From Octopus bimaculoides (lineage: Eukaryota), in NCBI RefSeq assembly GCF_001194135.2, contig NC_068990.1:68588681-68652680 (forward strand): a stretch of 64,000 bases of DNA, given 5' to 3'. The notes under the pieces are model-generated. The model saw only the letters and a program-made list of their open reading frames with translations, did no database searches and was not told the DNA's origin. The position numbers were made by a program, and so were the translations under genes. Every line of letters begins with the position of its first letter. The stretch's first letter is position 1. Of the stretch, positions 1-12,480 are shown piece after piece.

Positions 1-460
1 CGAAGCACAATATACCCATCGCAACTAACCATCTAATAAGGGTACACCAAGCACAGGCATCACAATTATATATGAGCGACATGGTGATCTCGTATGAAGA
101 TAAACAGCGCATGACCTTGCAGGTGGTTTCTTTGATAAGGTTTGTTTAAGGATGATGAACGAAAGACCCATGTTTCCAGGTGTGAATTATACAAATCTTA
201 AAGAATTTTTCACAGCACATGGCTGTGAGGCTCACGCACAATTTCTCCTCGTGGTTAGAGATGCACATAGCGCCAGCCATTACGACATATGTTCAACTGG
301 TTAAGGTCAAGCAACTGACCAGCAAATCTGTGGCATTGAGCAGAATATTTGTTGTAGCCCATCTGTTATACCAAGGAAAAAAAACATGTACATGATATCA
401 CTTCCAATCAGTTAAGATCAAAAGCTACGAGAGCCACTGCCTGGTACTGCATCAAGACAC
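1..460 (-). mobile_element. 3' UTR segment of an (AAT)n-tailed R4/Dong-like LINE family; 3' end runs off the window
   Basis: The reverse complement of 1-65 (tgtgatgcctgtgcttggtgta...atgggtatattgtgcttcg) matches the LINE 3' end at 7031-7075. The 5' end abuts (AAT)n at 461-477 in element sense. Confidence 0.65.
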
Positions 461-477
461 TATTATTATTATTATCA

Positions 478-925
478 TTGTTCAGTAGTTTTATTTTTAT
501 AACGTGCTTTCACTTCACTACCGGGCGCAGCTCTGTGCGCCTTGGGTATGTGCTGTGGTTTGCTGTGATGCTCTTATGGTTACTGTATTGAAAGTGTTTT
601 GCGTAGGATGTGTGCAGTGCCCAGTAGTGCAATTTTCTGTANNNNNNNNNNTTTCACTTCACTACCGAGCGCAGCTCTGTGCGCCTTGGGTATGTGCTGT
701 GGTTTGCTGTGATGCTCTTATGGTTACTGTATTGAAAGTGTTTTGCGTAGGATGTGTGCAGTGCCCAGTAGTGCAATTTTCTGTACGTTATATATATTTG
801 TAAGTCCTGGTGTTTTTGTTATGTATTTGTCTGAATATTTTTTTTATTATACCTAAGGCACCTACTATGATAGGAATTGTTTCTGTTTTTAGATTCCACA
901 TTCGAGTTACCTCTATTTCCAGTTT
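478..925 (-). mobile_element. 5'-truncated R4/Dong-like RLE LINE 3' end
   Basis: Minus strand translates KLEIEVTRMWNLKTETIPIIVGALGIIKK...VQKIALLGTAHILRKTLSIQ*, the C-terminus typical of RLE-bearing LINEs. (AAT)n lies on both sides. About 140 bp is duplicated across a 10-N gap. Confidence 0.85.
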
Positions 926-938
926 ATTATTATTATTA

Positions 939-990
<52 letters not shown>
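925..990. repeat. (TTA)n microsatellite
   Basis: Directly visible. Confidence 0.95.
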
Positions 991-1261
991 GCTGGAAGAA
1001 TCGTTAGAGCAATGATTCTCAACCATTTTTTGCCTATGGACTTCTTTGATTCTTATTTTACTCTACCGTACCCTCATAGCCATTCGATGTTTAAAAAAAT
1101 CCTATTGTGTTTTTATAATTAAATATTATTAAGAAGTGTATTAGAAAAATTCTTAAAATACTGTATGTATTGTCGAAGCATAAGCAATTTATTGCACGTA
1201 AACTTTAACAACAAAACTTTATACGGATCCCCAAGGTTGATATGGTCCCCGATTGAGACCT

Positions 1262-1460
1262 ACTGCGTTAGAGCGTAGGACAAAATACGATGCGGTATCG
1301 CTTCCAACTCCTTATTTTCTAAGTTTAATCACCGCCGAAGTCAACGGTACTTTCTTTTCATCCTTTCAGCGTCGGTAAAATAAAGTACCAGTTGAGCACT
1401 GTGCTCGATATAGTCAACTAACCATTCTAAAATCACTGACCTTCTGCCAAAATTAGAAAG
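1262..1460 (+). mobile_element. tRNA-derived SINE family A, degenerate copy
   Basis: Matches the central domain of the other copies (ttttcatcctttc...gtcggtaaaataaagtaccagttgagcactg). Confidence 0.7.
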
Positions 1461-1472
1461 TAGTAGTAGTAT

Positions 1473-1517
<45 letters not shown>

Positions 1518-1532
1518 CAGCAGTAGTAGTAG
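1460..1532. repeat. (GTA)n microsatellite
   Basis: Directly visible. Confidence 0.95.
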
Positions 1533-1919
1533 TGGGTGAAATGAAAAGGAAGAGAAGCCGGGCCAATAACAGCTGTACTTGTATTTTTTTTTTCAATTGG
1601 TTTATACCAATCGATGCATTGTATTTCTCTGCTCTAATCAGAACCATATAGAATAGGAGGTACGTGACAAAAACAGAAGGAAAAATGATGGAAAAAGAAA
1701 GGGAAGAGGAGCTAACTTTGAAATCACATTGCCAAATTCACTCCTGACCGTAGCTTAGCAAACTTTGTCGTTTTGTTCCGTGTGATCTGCTTGCATGCAG
1801 TTTATTAGGTACTTCAAAAAAGAATGACCGCGGCCAAAAGCAGTCTATTATTGCCAAAAATGAAAATCTATAAACGCAGAAAATTGGGGGGAAAAAAACG
1901 AGAAATAGCGTTAGAAATG

Positions 1920-2688
1920 CAGCAGAGAAAGAGAGAGGGGGAGATAGAAAGAGAGAGAGAGAGATGCAAAAAAAATAAAATGCNNNNNNNNNNNNNNNNN
2001 NNNNNNNNNNNNNNNNNNNNNNNNNNNNNNNNNNNNNNNNNNNNNNNNNNNNNNNNNNNNNNNNNNNNNNNNNNNNNNNNNNNNNNNNNNNNNNNNNNNN
2101 NNNNNNNNNNNNNNNNNNNNNNNNNNNNNNNNNNNNNNNNNNNNNNNNNNNNNNNNNNNNNNNNNNNNNNNNNNNNNNNNNNNNNNNNNNNNNNNNNNNN
2201 NNNNNNNNNNNNNNNNNNNNNNNNNNNNNNNNNNNNNNNNNNNNNNNNNNNNNNNNNNNNNNNNNNNNNNNNNNNNNNNNNNNNNNNNNNNNGGAGGAGA
2301 GAGAGGGAGGAGAGAGAGGGAGGAGAGAGAGGGAGGAGAGAGAGGGAGGAGAGAGAGGAGGAGTAGAAAGAGAGAGGGGGAGATAGAAAGAGAGAGAGAG
2401 AGATGCAAAAAAAATAAAATGCGAGAAAGAAAGAACGCAGGAGAAATGCGAGAAAAAAAGAGAAGAAAGAAAAAGAGAGGGAAAAAGGAGAGAGAAGCAA
2501 GGAAGAGAGAAGGGAGAAAGAGGGAAAGAGTAACGGTAATATACAGAGTAGTAAGGTTTGCATATGAAGAATAAAAGAGAGTTTGTCAATTTGAGGAAAA
2601 AACATTTATCGAAGCAAAAATTCGGTGAGAATGTGGTGGAAGAAGGAGAAATAATCGAAAGGAATGGTTCAGAAAGGGAGGGAAAAGG

Positions 2689-2726
<38 letters not shown>

Positions 2727-2736
2727 NNNNNNNNNN

Positions 2737-2771
<35 letters not shown>

Positions 2772-2810
2772 TGTGAGAGAGAGAGAGAGAGAGAGAGATG
2801 AGATGAGAGA
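1920..2810. repeat. GA-rich and (GA)n tracts with assembly gaps
   Basis: Directly visible; includes GGAGAGAGAG-type units and N runs. Confidence 0.9.
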
Positions 2811-3524
2811 TGGTGGTCATATATGCCAAGACAATCATTGACTCGTATCAGTCCTTCAACCATCACCCGGTACTAGTAATTCCAAGACCAGGCTAGAAAC
2901 AGAACGAGAGAGATGGAGTAGATGGGAGGGAGGTATTAAGAGTGGAAGAGGAAGAGTGCGTGAGAGAGAGAGAGAGAGAGAGACAGAGAGAGAGAGGGGG
3001 GAAAGCAAGAATCACAGAAAGAACATTATCATTAATATTAGGTATACACTTCATATTCTCACAATCCCAGTTGCTGCTACTGCTCCTCCCCTTCTTCTCC
3101 TCCTCATCCTCCTGCTGTAAAAAAACTTACCCCACCACAATTATAGCAAACGCATGCAACTACGGCAAAAAGATGCAAACGGATGAATAAATAATAGTGA
3201 ATTTGATTATGGCGCTCTTTTCAGAGTTTCAGTAACCACTCTGTTTAAATAACTGCCAGAAATGTATACGCATATATACATACCTCATATTTATGTGTGT
3301 GTGTGTATATATATATATATATACATATGAAAAAAAACACGTGGTGNNNNNNNNNNNNNNNNNNNNNNNNNNNNNNNNNNNNNNNNNNNNNNNNNNNNNN
3401 NNNNNNNNNNNNNNNNNNNNNNNNNNNNNNNNNNNNNNNNNNNNNNNNNNNNNNNNNNNNNNNNNNNNNNNNNNNNNNNNNNNNNNNNNNNNNNNNNNNN
3501 NNNNNNNNNNNNNNNNNNNNNNNN

Positions 3525-3591
<67 letters not shown>

Positions 3592-4109
3592 TGCATGTAT
3601 ATATATTTTGTGTTGTGTGGAAGCATAATGGAAACTCTATGAACTCTTAGACATAAATCTTCCTAATGCTCAACAGTCTACAGTCAAACTCACTACCAGA
3701 TAACCTGGTTGAAGCAACCACATATAAGGCATTACTGAGAAATACCACATATGAACATAGTAAACTAATTTTGCTTATTTAAAGAAAATGTATTTTAAAA
3801 TCCAATGCCATGAAGGATATAATGGTATTTCTTAATGAACTGAAGCAGGAAGTGAAACCCAAATGACCTCGTGAGTGTAGACGAACGCTTGCCTGTATAT
3901 GAACTCGCGTATTTCTGGGACGATAAACGAGAAAAGGAAATTTGTTAATATATAAAAGTCTGTTCACACTAGTTAAACATGGTAGCCAGCACGAAAATAA
4001 TAAAATGATAATAGGCAATCATAATCAAATTATAATGTATAAATCTGCGGCTGGTGTTGAGTACTGATTAGTTTGTTTATAAGACAAACTTACACAAATC
4101 ATACACATA

Positions 4110-4280
4110 GGCGTAGGAGTGGCTGTGTGGTAAGTAGCTTACTTACCAGCCACCTTCTTCCGGGTTCAGCCCCACTGCGTGGCACCTTGGGCAAGTGTAT
4201 TCTACTATAGCCTCGGGCCGACCAAAACCTTGTGAGTGGATTTGGTAGACGGAAACTGAAAGAAGCTCATCGTATATATG

Positions 4281-4313
<33 letters not shown>

Positions 4314-4530
4314 ATATGTTTGTGTGTCTGTGTTTGTCTCCCCAACATCGCTTGATAATCAATGCTGGTGTGTTTACGTCCCCGTAACATGGCGGTTCGG
4401 CACGAGAGACCGATAGAATAAGTACTAGGCTTACAAAGAATAAGTCCTGGGGTCGATTTGCTCGATTAAAGGTGGTGCTCCAGCATGGCCACAGTCAAAT
4501 AACTGAAACAAGTAAAAGAGTAAAAGAGTA
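4110..4530 (+). mobile_element. tRNA-derived CORE-like SINE family B (possibly octopus OR2), near full length
   Basis: A-box-like tggctgtgtggtaag, B-box-like gggttcagccc, CORE-like ggcaccttgggcaagtgt, internal (TA)n(TG)n and a gtaaaaga-repeat tail. The family name is from memory. Confidence 0.85.
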
Positions 4531-5399
4531 TACACAACATCACCCACTTCGACGACATTCTCTAATTCGATTACTTTCTTTGGAAAATAACCTGATTTTT
4601 CACTAGTACTACCATTTCCATATTTAACTACCATATATTAAAATACATTTTTTTATATATCCCACTCCTTTATCATTTTGTACACACCCTTTACTATCTT
4701 GTACATGTTTCTTAAGTATTTTCCTTATAATGTGTTTTATCACAGCACACTTTCCTCTCACAATACAATCACAGCTACACACACTTCAAGAAACGCCATG
4801 CACTACATACCACCACACATACAACTCCCCATATGATCATCTTTATACACAGATATCCTCCTATAGATGTACACCCAAACTCGGCTCCTCCTTCCTTCCT
4901 CACTCTCCCCATAGAACTGCATTCCCGGTGTAGCCTTAGCCTTTTTCTTTCTTTCGTCCTTTCCCACGAACTTTCCTCCTTTATATTACTCACATTCTTT
5001 ATTGTTTGCCGAAGAACCACTATCGTCCTAAAAGTCATGTGTCTTTCTCTTTGAAGTGGTATGCTAATACATTTGTTCAAACTTGTCCCTCTCATGCTTT
5101 TTGGTTTTTGCTCATTGCCTAAAACATACACGCACGCACGCAACCACATGTATATATATATATATACAATTACAAGTTATTAGACATGCTTGGGAGAAGA
5201 CCTCAAATACAAGTGTTCATTATTATTCTATTCGGCTGAATCCGTCTATAGTTACCCGCAATATTCTGTGTGTGACGAGACCAATTCGATTTGGTGGGAC
5301 GAAAAATGAATAAATAAAAGATGGCTTGACTCAAATTATATACATGCCTCATTGACTAAGGAAAGTCACTTATTATTTACATATAACATATCTCGTGAG

Positions 5400-5414
5400 T
5401 CGGCAATAATAATG

Positions 5415-5449
<35 letters not shown>

Positions 5450-5456
5450 AATAATG

Positions 5457-5542
<86 letters not shown>

Positions 5543-5543
5543 T
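5400..5543. repeat. (ATC)n-(AAT)n compound microsatellite at the LINE 5' junction
   Basis: Directly visible. Confidence 0.95.
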
Positions 5544-7122
5544 GTTCTGAAATACATCAGAACAAGCAACATCACAGAAACAAATAATTTGATCAAGGCA
5601 GCAAGTATTGTTGTAGCAGAGAATGTGGGTGTCGATGTCAATAAAAAGAAACATAATGGGAGTGACAAAAGAAAAGATTCATGGTGGAAAAGAAGAATCC
5701 AGGCAGGGTTAGACATGCTTGCGAAGGAAATCTCTGTGTTAGACCGAAAAGAGAAAGTGGAGCTTAAAAGCGAACAAAAATACTGGGCGCTGAAAAGGAA
5801 GTATAATATGGAAAGAAAGGGCCTGAAAGTAGTAGTGGAGGAATTGAAATAGCGCCTCGTTGCAAAGAAAGCAAAAATTGTAAGATACTACCAAAGAATG
5901 AAGGATCATCACCAGAATATGTTATTCAGAGTAGATCAGAAGAGATTTTATAAAGAATTGAATGGAGTGTACAGATGAAGAGTTGATACCAGATAACATT
6001 GAAAGTCAAAGGTTTTGGAGTGACATCTGGAGCAAAGACAAGGAGCACAAGAAGGATGCTGAATGGTTGCAAGAACTGAAACAAACAGTAGTCTGCCCAA
6101 AAGAGGCAGAACTAGTCATTTCGGTTAGGGAAGTGAAGGAAATCAGCAAAAAAATGAGCAACTGGAAGACCCCGGGACCAGATGGAGTTCAAGGTTACTG
6201 GATCAATGATTTGGTGAATGTCATGCACGAATAGCTACACAACTCAACACCTTGTTAAATGCCGACGACGCAACTCCAGAGTGGTTGACATTGGGTAGGA
6301 CAGTGCTGTGTCTCAAAAACAACGAAAAAGGCAATACGGTAGACAATTACAGGCTGATATCCTGTTTGCCACTTATGTGAAAGTTATTGACTGGAATACT
6401 CGCAGGGTAAATGTACGAACATCTAGACAAAAATGGAGTCCTGCCTCATGAGCAAAAGGTTTGCAAGCGTAAGTGCAAAGGGACCAAGGATCAACTCCTG
6501 ATAGATAAAACTGTACTCAGAGACTGCAGGACGAGGAAAAGTAACTTAGCCATGTCATGGATCTACTATCGTAAGGTGTACAATATGATACCACATTCTT
6601 GGATAATGGAGTGTATGAACCTGTTTGGGATTACATCGAATGTTGAGCGATTGCTTCGAAAAAAGTATGGCGAATTGGAGGACGGACCTGACAGCATACG
6701 GAAGAAGTTTAGAGACAGTAGAAATTAGGAGGGGCATCTTCTAAGGGGATTTCCTGTTCCCACTGATCCTTGTACTGTGTTTGACACCGCTGACACTGAT
6801 TCTGAGGAAAGCAAAAGCTGGGTATGTATTCAAAAGCCGCCAACAAAAAATCAACCATTTGTTATTCATGGATGATCTCAAACTTTATGGTAAAGATGAA
6901 GCCCAAGTCACTTCCCTCGTTGATACGGTGTATACCTTCAGTGCTGATATCAGAATGGAGTTCGGACTGAGAAAGTGTGGTGAGTTAGTATTGAAGAGAG
7001 GCAAAATCAAGTGTATAGACGGATTATGGCTGTGATGCATGTGCCTGTTGTATAATGGGTATAATGGGCTTCGTATATTTTACCCCAGTGTCACTTTGAT
7101 GGCATGCACTGCTCTCTCACTC

Positions 7123-7185
<63 letters not shown>
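5544..7185 (+). mobile_element. R4/Dong-like LINE: degenerate RT ORF, internal deletion, 3' UTR end and (AAT)n tail
   Basis: Broken frames give [75 protein letters not shown] and MEFGLRKC. The RT stops at about 7030 and jumps to the family 3' end (7031-7122), then (AAT)n at 7123-7185. Confidence 0.92.
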
Positions 7186-7186
<1 letters not shown>

Positions 7187-7625
7187 TACTCCGAAGCCGA
7201 AATGCTGATGTAGACCAAGCAACAATCCATCAGTGGTTGAGAAGCTCAGGACTGAAAGCAGAGACTGAAGGTTTTATACTGCGGCACAAGATCAAATCTT
7301 GCTCATCAAAAACTACTAGGCTAACGTCCTTCAAAACGGCTCTAACCATAAATGCAGATTTTATGATAAATTTGCTGAAACGATAGACCATCTCGTTTCG
7401 GGATGTCTTGTGCTGACGCCAAACGAACGCAAAAATCGCCACGATAGGGTAGGACAGTATTTACATTGGAAAATATGTAAACACCTATTGTCATAGGTGC
7501 CTTAGGAATGATACCAAATGGATCTTTTGCTCAAATACAAGGAAATTCCCCAAAAAGGAAGACATTTAAAAAAATAGTGCGCATGGGAACTGCTCATATC
7601 CAACGAAAAATATAGTCTATGTTAT
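7186..7625 (+). mobile_element. Second R4/Dong-like LINE fragment (zinc-knuckle/RLE region, internally deleted)
   Basis: Frames give WLRSSGLKAETEGFI, ETIDHLVSGC, RHDRVGQYLHWKIC, IGALGMIP and KIVRMGTAHI. Confidence 0.85.
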
Positions 7626-7785
7626 TCCAAAAAACATCTTGATCTGTAAACATTGTCAAAAGTACATTTTGAATGTTGTACATAATAGCAAATACCTTTT
7701 GCTGTCATCTTCAGCTTTCGCTATCATCTCCTCCCCAAATTACTTTAAAAACAAACTTCTGATTTTCTTATGCTTTGACACATTC

Positions 7786-9504
7786 TTTAGAACAATACTC
7801 TACGCAAAACTAAATATACATCTTCAATATAGAAACTCTTCTATTTATTTAAATTAATTGATTTATAAAAAAAAAATGTTGTTTAAATTAACTAATAATA
7901 ATCTTCTATATTTATTGTTTATCGGAGGGATAATTCTGTAATAGATATGAATAGAAACCCAATAAAAATGTTTTTTCTTGTTTACTTAATTTATCGTATG
8001 TGAATCTATATATATGCATCTGTTGTATCACTATGTAGACATATGTAATCATATGGCTATTTATATTTGTGTGTAAATATATNNNNNNNNNNNNNNNNNN
8101 NNNNNNNNNNNNNNNNNNNNNNNNNNNNNNNNNNNNNNNNNNNNNNNNNNNNNNNNNNNNNNNNNNNNNNNNNNNNNNNNNNNNNNNNNNNNNNNNNNNN
8201 NNNNNNNNNNNNNNNNNNNNNNNNNNNNNNNNNNNNNNNNNNNNNNNNNNNNNNNNNNNNNNNNNNNNNNNNNNNNNNNNNNNNNNNNNNNNNNNNNNNN
8301 NNNNNNNNNNNNNNNNNNNNNNNNNNNNNNNNNNNNNNNNNNNNNNNATATATATAAATAAATATATATATATATATATATATGGATGTGAGCCCATCTA
8401 TATCTATGTATGTAGGTATATATGTATGTATTTATATATGTGTACGTGTGTATATATGTGTATGTATGTATATGTACGTGTGTCCACGTATATATGTGTG
8501 TATTTGCGCGTATGTATATATGTATGTATATATATATATATAATATATATATATGTATATGTATATATATATGTGCGTGTGGCTGTGTCATTGTATGTGT
8601 AGATATGTATATATTTGTGATTTGTCATCTCAATCTATATAATAACTTAATTTGGAAAATTAATTATTAGTGGACCAATTCTGAATTGCTTCATTTTAGT
8701 GCATATTTTTGTAGTTTCTATTAAATTTATCGTTATCTTAGTATTTAATATTAATTACATGTCACAAATAAGATGTCTTCATTATACTAAATTAATATGT
8801 GTATAGATACACTTATTTCATTTATTAATTCGTTGATGATAATTATAATAATAATAATGATGATAATAATAAATAGTTTCATCTGACTTACTAAATAAAT
8901 TTAATAACCAAAAAAATTATTATTATAGATTTCTATAATTTATAATGTATTCTTATTGCAACAATGTTGTTTGTTACTTCTGAAAGTATTGATAGAGTTT
9001 GGGTATGCACTATGTATGGTCCTTCAAATTGTAAATAATAATATTAATTAGTTTATCGAGAACAGTCCTTAATACTTGTTTGGTTTATATTATTGATTTC
9101 TATCGATTCGCTAAATGTTCCCTTCTATAATATACGAATAACAATCATTATTTAAGTAACTTCAAGTCTGGTTACCTCTAAGTAATTATTAAATTTCATT
9201 TCCATTAATATTGACTAAATATATATCTATGAGGTTCTTTGGTCACCGAATTTACAGCCTTAGGTTTGTAATAATGTTTACTACGGAATTCTCCCTACGA
9301 TAAATTAAGTAAACATGAAAAACATATTTATTGCGTTTCTATTCATATCTATTACGGAATTATCCCTCCGATAAACAATAAATATAGAAGATTATTATTA
9401 GTTAATTGAAACAATAATTTTTTTATATCAATTAATTTTAAAAAATAGAAGAGTTATTGTATTGAAAATGTAAATGTTTATATATTTTTTGTTGCAGTTC
9501 TAAA
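7786..9504. mobile_element. Foldback/DNA-transposon-like element with long inverted repeats of about 180-210 bp
   Basis: 7817-7998 is the reverse complement of 9296-9472 with scattered mismatches (e.g. atcttctatatttattgtttatcggagggataatt vs aattatccctccgataaacaataaatatagaagat). A weaker match extends to tttagaac 7786 / gttctaaa 9504. Confidence 0.7.
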
Positions 9505-9523
9505 TAGGGAAAGACTTAGATAC

Positions 9524-9567
<44 letters not shown>

Positions 9568-10116
9568 GCACCTATGTTACTGTTGTATGATGTATTGACG
9601 AGGGACTCTCTTGTACATGAACGGGTTTCGATTGGTATGTGTTTGAGATGTAATGAAGTGAATTTCGATGGTTGTGGATTGCACTTACTTGGTCGTATCA
9701 TCTGTTAGAATGTTCTTGTTGTTTTTTATTGTAACTGATGTATGATTGAATAGTTAACGCTCACACCCATAATACATAGACATTTGAATTAATTTTCACA
9801 ATCCAGCCGTCCTTTCACACGGAATTTAGTCTACCTTTAAACCATTACCCCGAAGTCACTTATATACGTAAGGAACTGTTATTGTGTATATATATCAGAA
9901 AATGTGTATAAGTCGAAACAATTTGTAGGCCTTTTTGTTTTTTTAATAATTGTTTATGTTATATATTATGCTATGTTCATAAAATATTATATAATAGTGT
10001 AATATCATAATATAATATAAATAAATTATTGGATTGTCAATAGAATCTCTCTATTTAATTTATCTTTGTTATTGCATTATACCCATATTTATATGGTATT
10101 CAACTGACGTACCAGT

Positions 10117-10358
10117 GAATTGGAGTGTATAGAGGAAGAGTTGATACCAGATAACATTGAAAGTCAAAGGTTTTGGAGTGACATCTGGAGCAAAGACAAG
10201 GAGCATAAGAAGGATGCTGAATGGTTGCAAGAACTGAAACAAACAGCAGTCTGTCCACAACAGGCAGAACTAGTCATTTCACTGAGGGAAGTGAAGGAAA
10301 TCAGCAAAAAAATGAGCAGCAGGAAGACTCCGGGACCAGATGGAGTTCAAGGCTACTG
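10117..10358 (+). mobile_element. Isolated internal fragment of the same R4/Dong-like family as 5544-7030
   Basis: About 14 mismatches in 238 nt versus 5963-6200; translates FWSDIWSKDKEHKKDAEWLQELK...KTPGPDGVQGY. Confidence 0.92.
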
Positions 10359-10548
10359 AAGGAACTCTTTTCCTTATTTTGTTACTTTATATACTTACAT
10401 ACATACATACATACATACATACTTACATACACACACACACACACACACATATACATGCATACATATATACAAACATACACAAACGCACACATATACACAC
10501 ATACACATACGTCTTAATTCTTCTTTCTCCCGAGAACANNNNNNNNNN

Positions 10549-10591
<43 letters not shown>

Positions 10592-10631
10592 ATATGTATG
10601 TATGTATATATATACACATACACACGCACGT

Positions 10632-10682
<51 letters not shown>

Positions 10683-10967
10683 TAGTCAGATACACGCATT
10701 TATATATTGTTCTATATCTAAATTCCTTATATGTTTAACTTCTCAAGAATCAGACCGACAAATCCAATCCTATTCTTCGTATTTCAGCTTCGGATATATG
10801 CATCTTAGTGATCGCATTGGATTCTTCAATAAGCTCCATGTTCAAATATATGGGTTACAATGTCATTTATTATTCTATATTTCTTTGTCTTTCACTCCCA
10901 CATTCTCTCCCGCCCATACGCTCTCTCTTTCTCTGTCCCCGCTCTCCCTCTCTGTATTTGTGGTGTG

Positions 10968-11042
10968 GGTGGTTTAGCTTAATGGTTCAGAGCACCACGA
11001 CGCATAATCACAGAGGTGTGAGTTCGAGTCTCATAGCCGGCC
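10968..11042 (+). pseudogene. tRNA-like sequence (Met-CAT-like pseudogene or SINE head)
   Basis: A box tagcttaatgg, D stem gctt/gagc, T arm gtgag-ttcgagt-ctcat, loop cg-CAT-aa, acceptor stem 6/7 paired. The anticodon stem is broken. T5 at 11055-11059. Confidence 0.55.
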
Positions 11043-12269
11043 GCCAACACTACCTTTTTCTGCAAAATAGGGGCAGCTTATCCTGTTCAGGCTATATTAT
11101 CAGCATTATCCTGCGTTTGAGAATTTAAAATCACTTATTTAACTTTCTAAGACATCCCAACGCTTCTAAAGCAAACTTTGTTTGTTTGTTTATGTTCATC
11201 GTAATTTGAATTATATATATATATATATATNNNNNNNNNNNNNNNNNNNNNNNNNNNNNNNNNNNNNNNNNNNNNNNNNNNNNNNNNNNNNNNNNNNNNN
11301 NNNNNNNNNNNNNNNNNNNNNNNNNNNNNNNNNNNNNNNNNNNNNNNNNNNNNNNNNNNATATATATACTCATCATAGTGAGATCTTCAATTGCACGCAA
11401 CATAGGCATGGCTCTGGTTGTTGTTTGGCTCTTTCAGAGCACACATGCATCTCAATAATAGCCCCATGTGTTAAATGTTGTAATTGAGTTGGTCTTAGTT
11501 ATAGTCTAATACATTAATACATCATCAACGAATTAAAATGAGTTACATGTAGTGGAAGTGAGAACTTTATTTATCACTTAGTTTAAGGAACAAACTAATG
11601 AAGTGCAGCGTAATAAATAAACACTTTCACGAATCCCAGGACTTATCGGGCGGATTACTCGGCTTCCATAGCGTATAAGTGAATGAGATCATAGCATTTC
11701 TCCTGAACGGGATGCCTGTCGGCCGCAGAGTTATCCATTTGTAGCTGAATTGACCGGAAATAAAAACCACGATCATGCGATTGTGATTGCAACTCCATAA
11801 CCGCTCGCTACGCGCTTTCACAGGTAACTTAGTGAATGCAGCATTTAACGTAAATTTCTTTTGTGTGTGCATGTGTGTATGTATATATGTATGCCTGCGC
11901 GAGCGTGCATGTATATGTATATGCACAGAGGCCATATGGATGTATACGTATATGCAGGTGCGCATGCGTGTTTGTGCATGTACATGAATACGCGCGTAGC
12001 TGCATATGTGTCTGAGTAATTTGAAGAATGAAGAATTTCACTAATATTTAGCATTGAAATCTTTAAAATCTTGATTAATAATTACCAGAGTGATTCTTCT
12101 ATTCGTTGTCGGTTTTGGTATCTCAGGAGGAAAGCAATTATCTGCCAGCCATTACAGAGCTTTTGAGCTAGGTGGGACGGAAACTAGAAGACATCTGAAC
12201 TGAACGCTTTCTAAAGACATCCAAACTGCTAAGTCGTGGTATTAAACCATAGAAGTGATTAAGTCTACC

Positions 12270-12480
12270 ATCCAAGAAGGTCATAGCGAGATTTGAACTC
12301 AGAAATCATCCAGTCCGGCATTCTTACTGTTTTGTCAATTCAGAACTTTGGATTGGTACTTTTTCTATCGACCCTGAATGGATGAAAGGCAAAGTTGACC
12401 TCGGTACGATTTGAATTCAGATCACAGCGAGTTGAGACAAATACTGCAGAAAGTGTTGTCCATCGCTTTAATGACTGACA
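12270..12480 (-). mobile_element. SINE family A, degenerate fragments
   Basis: ttggtacttt...atcgaccctgaatggatgaaaggcaaagttgacctcgg...atttgaattcag on the plus strand. Confidence 0.7.

Noticed and set aside
504-790. Apparent tandem duplication giving the 99-aa ORF with repeated peptide
   Set aside because: The copies are separated by a 10-N gap, typical of unmerged contig overlap, and the sequence is the antisense of a LINE end.
1738-2838. Long ORFs (366 aa etc.) here and similar ones at 24.3-25.9, 28.8-29.4 and 43.5-44.6 kb
   Set aside because: They are made of microsatellite translation and X runs from N gaps, with no coding signal.
4700-5100. Possible degenerate Penelope 3' end with hammerhead-like ccgaaga-acca-cta-tcgt-cctaaaa
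   Set aside because: Too many core mismatches and no convincing translation.
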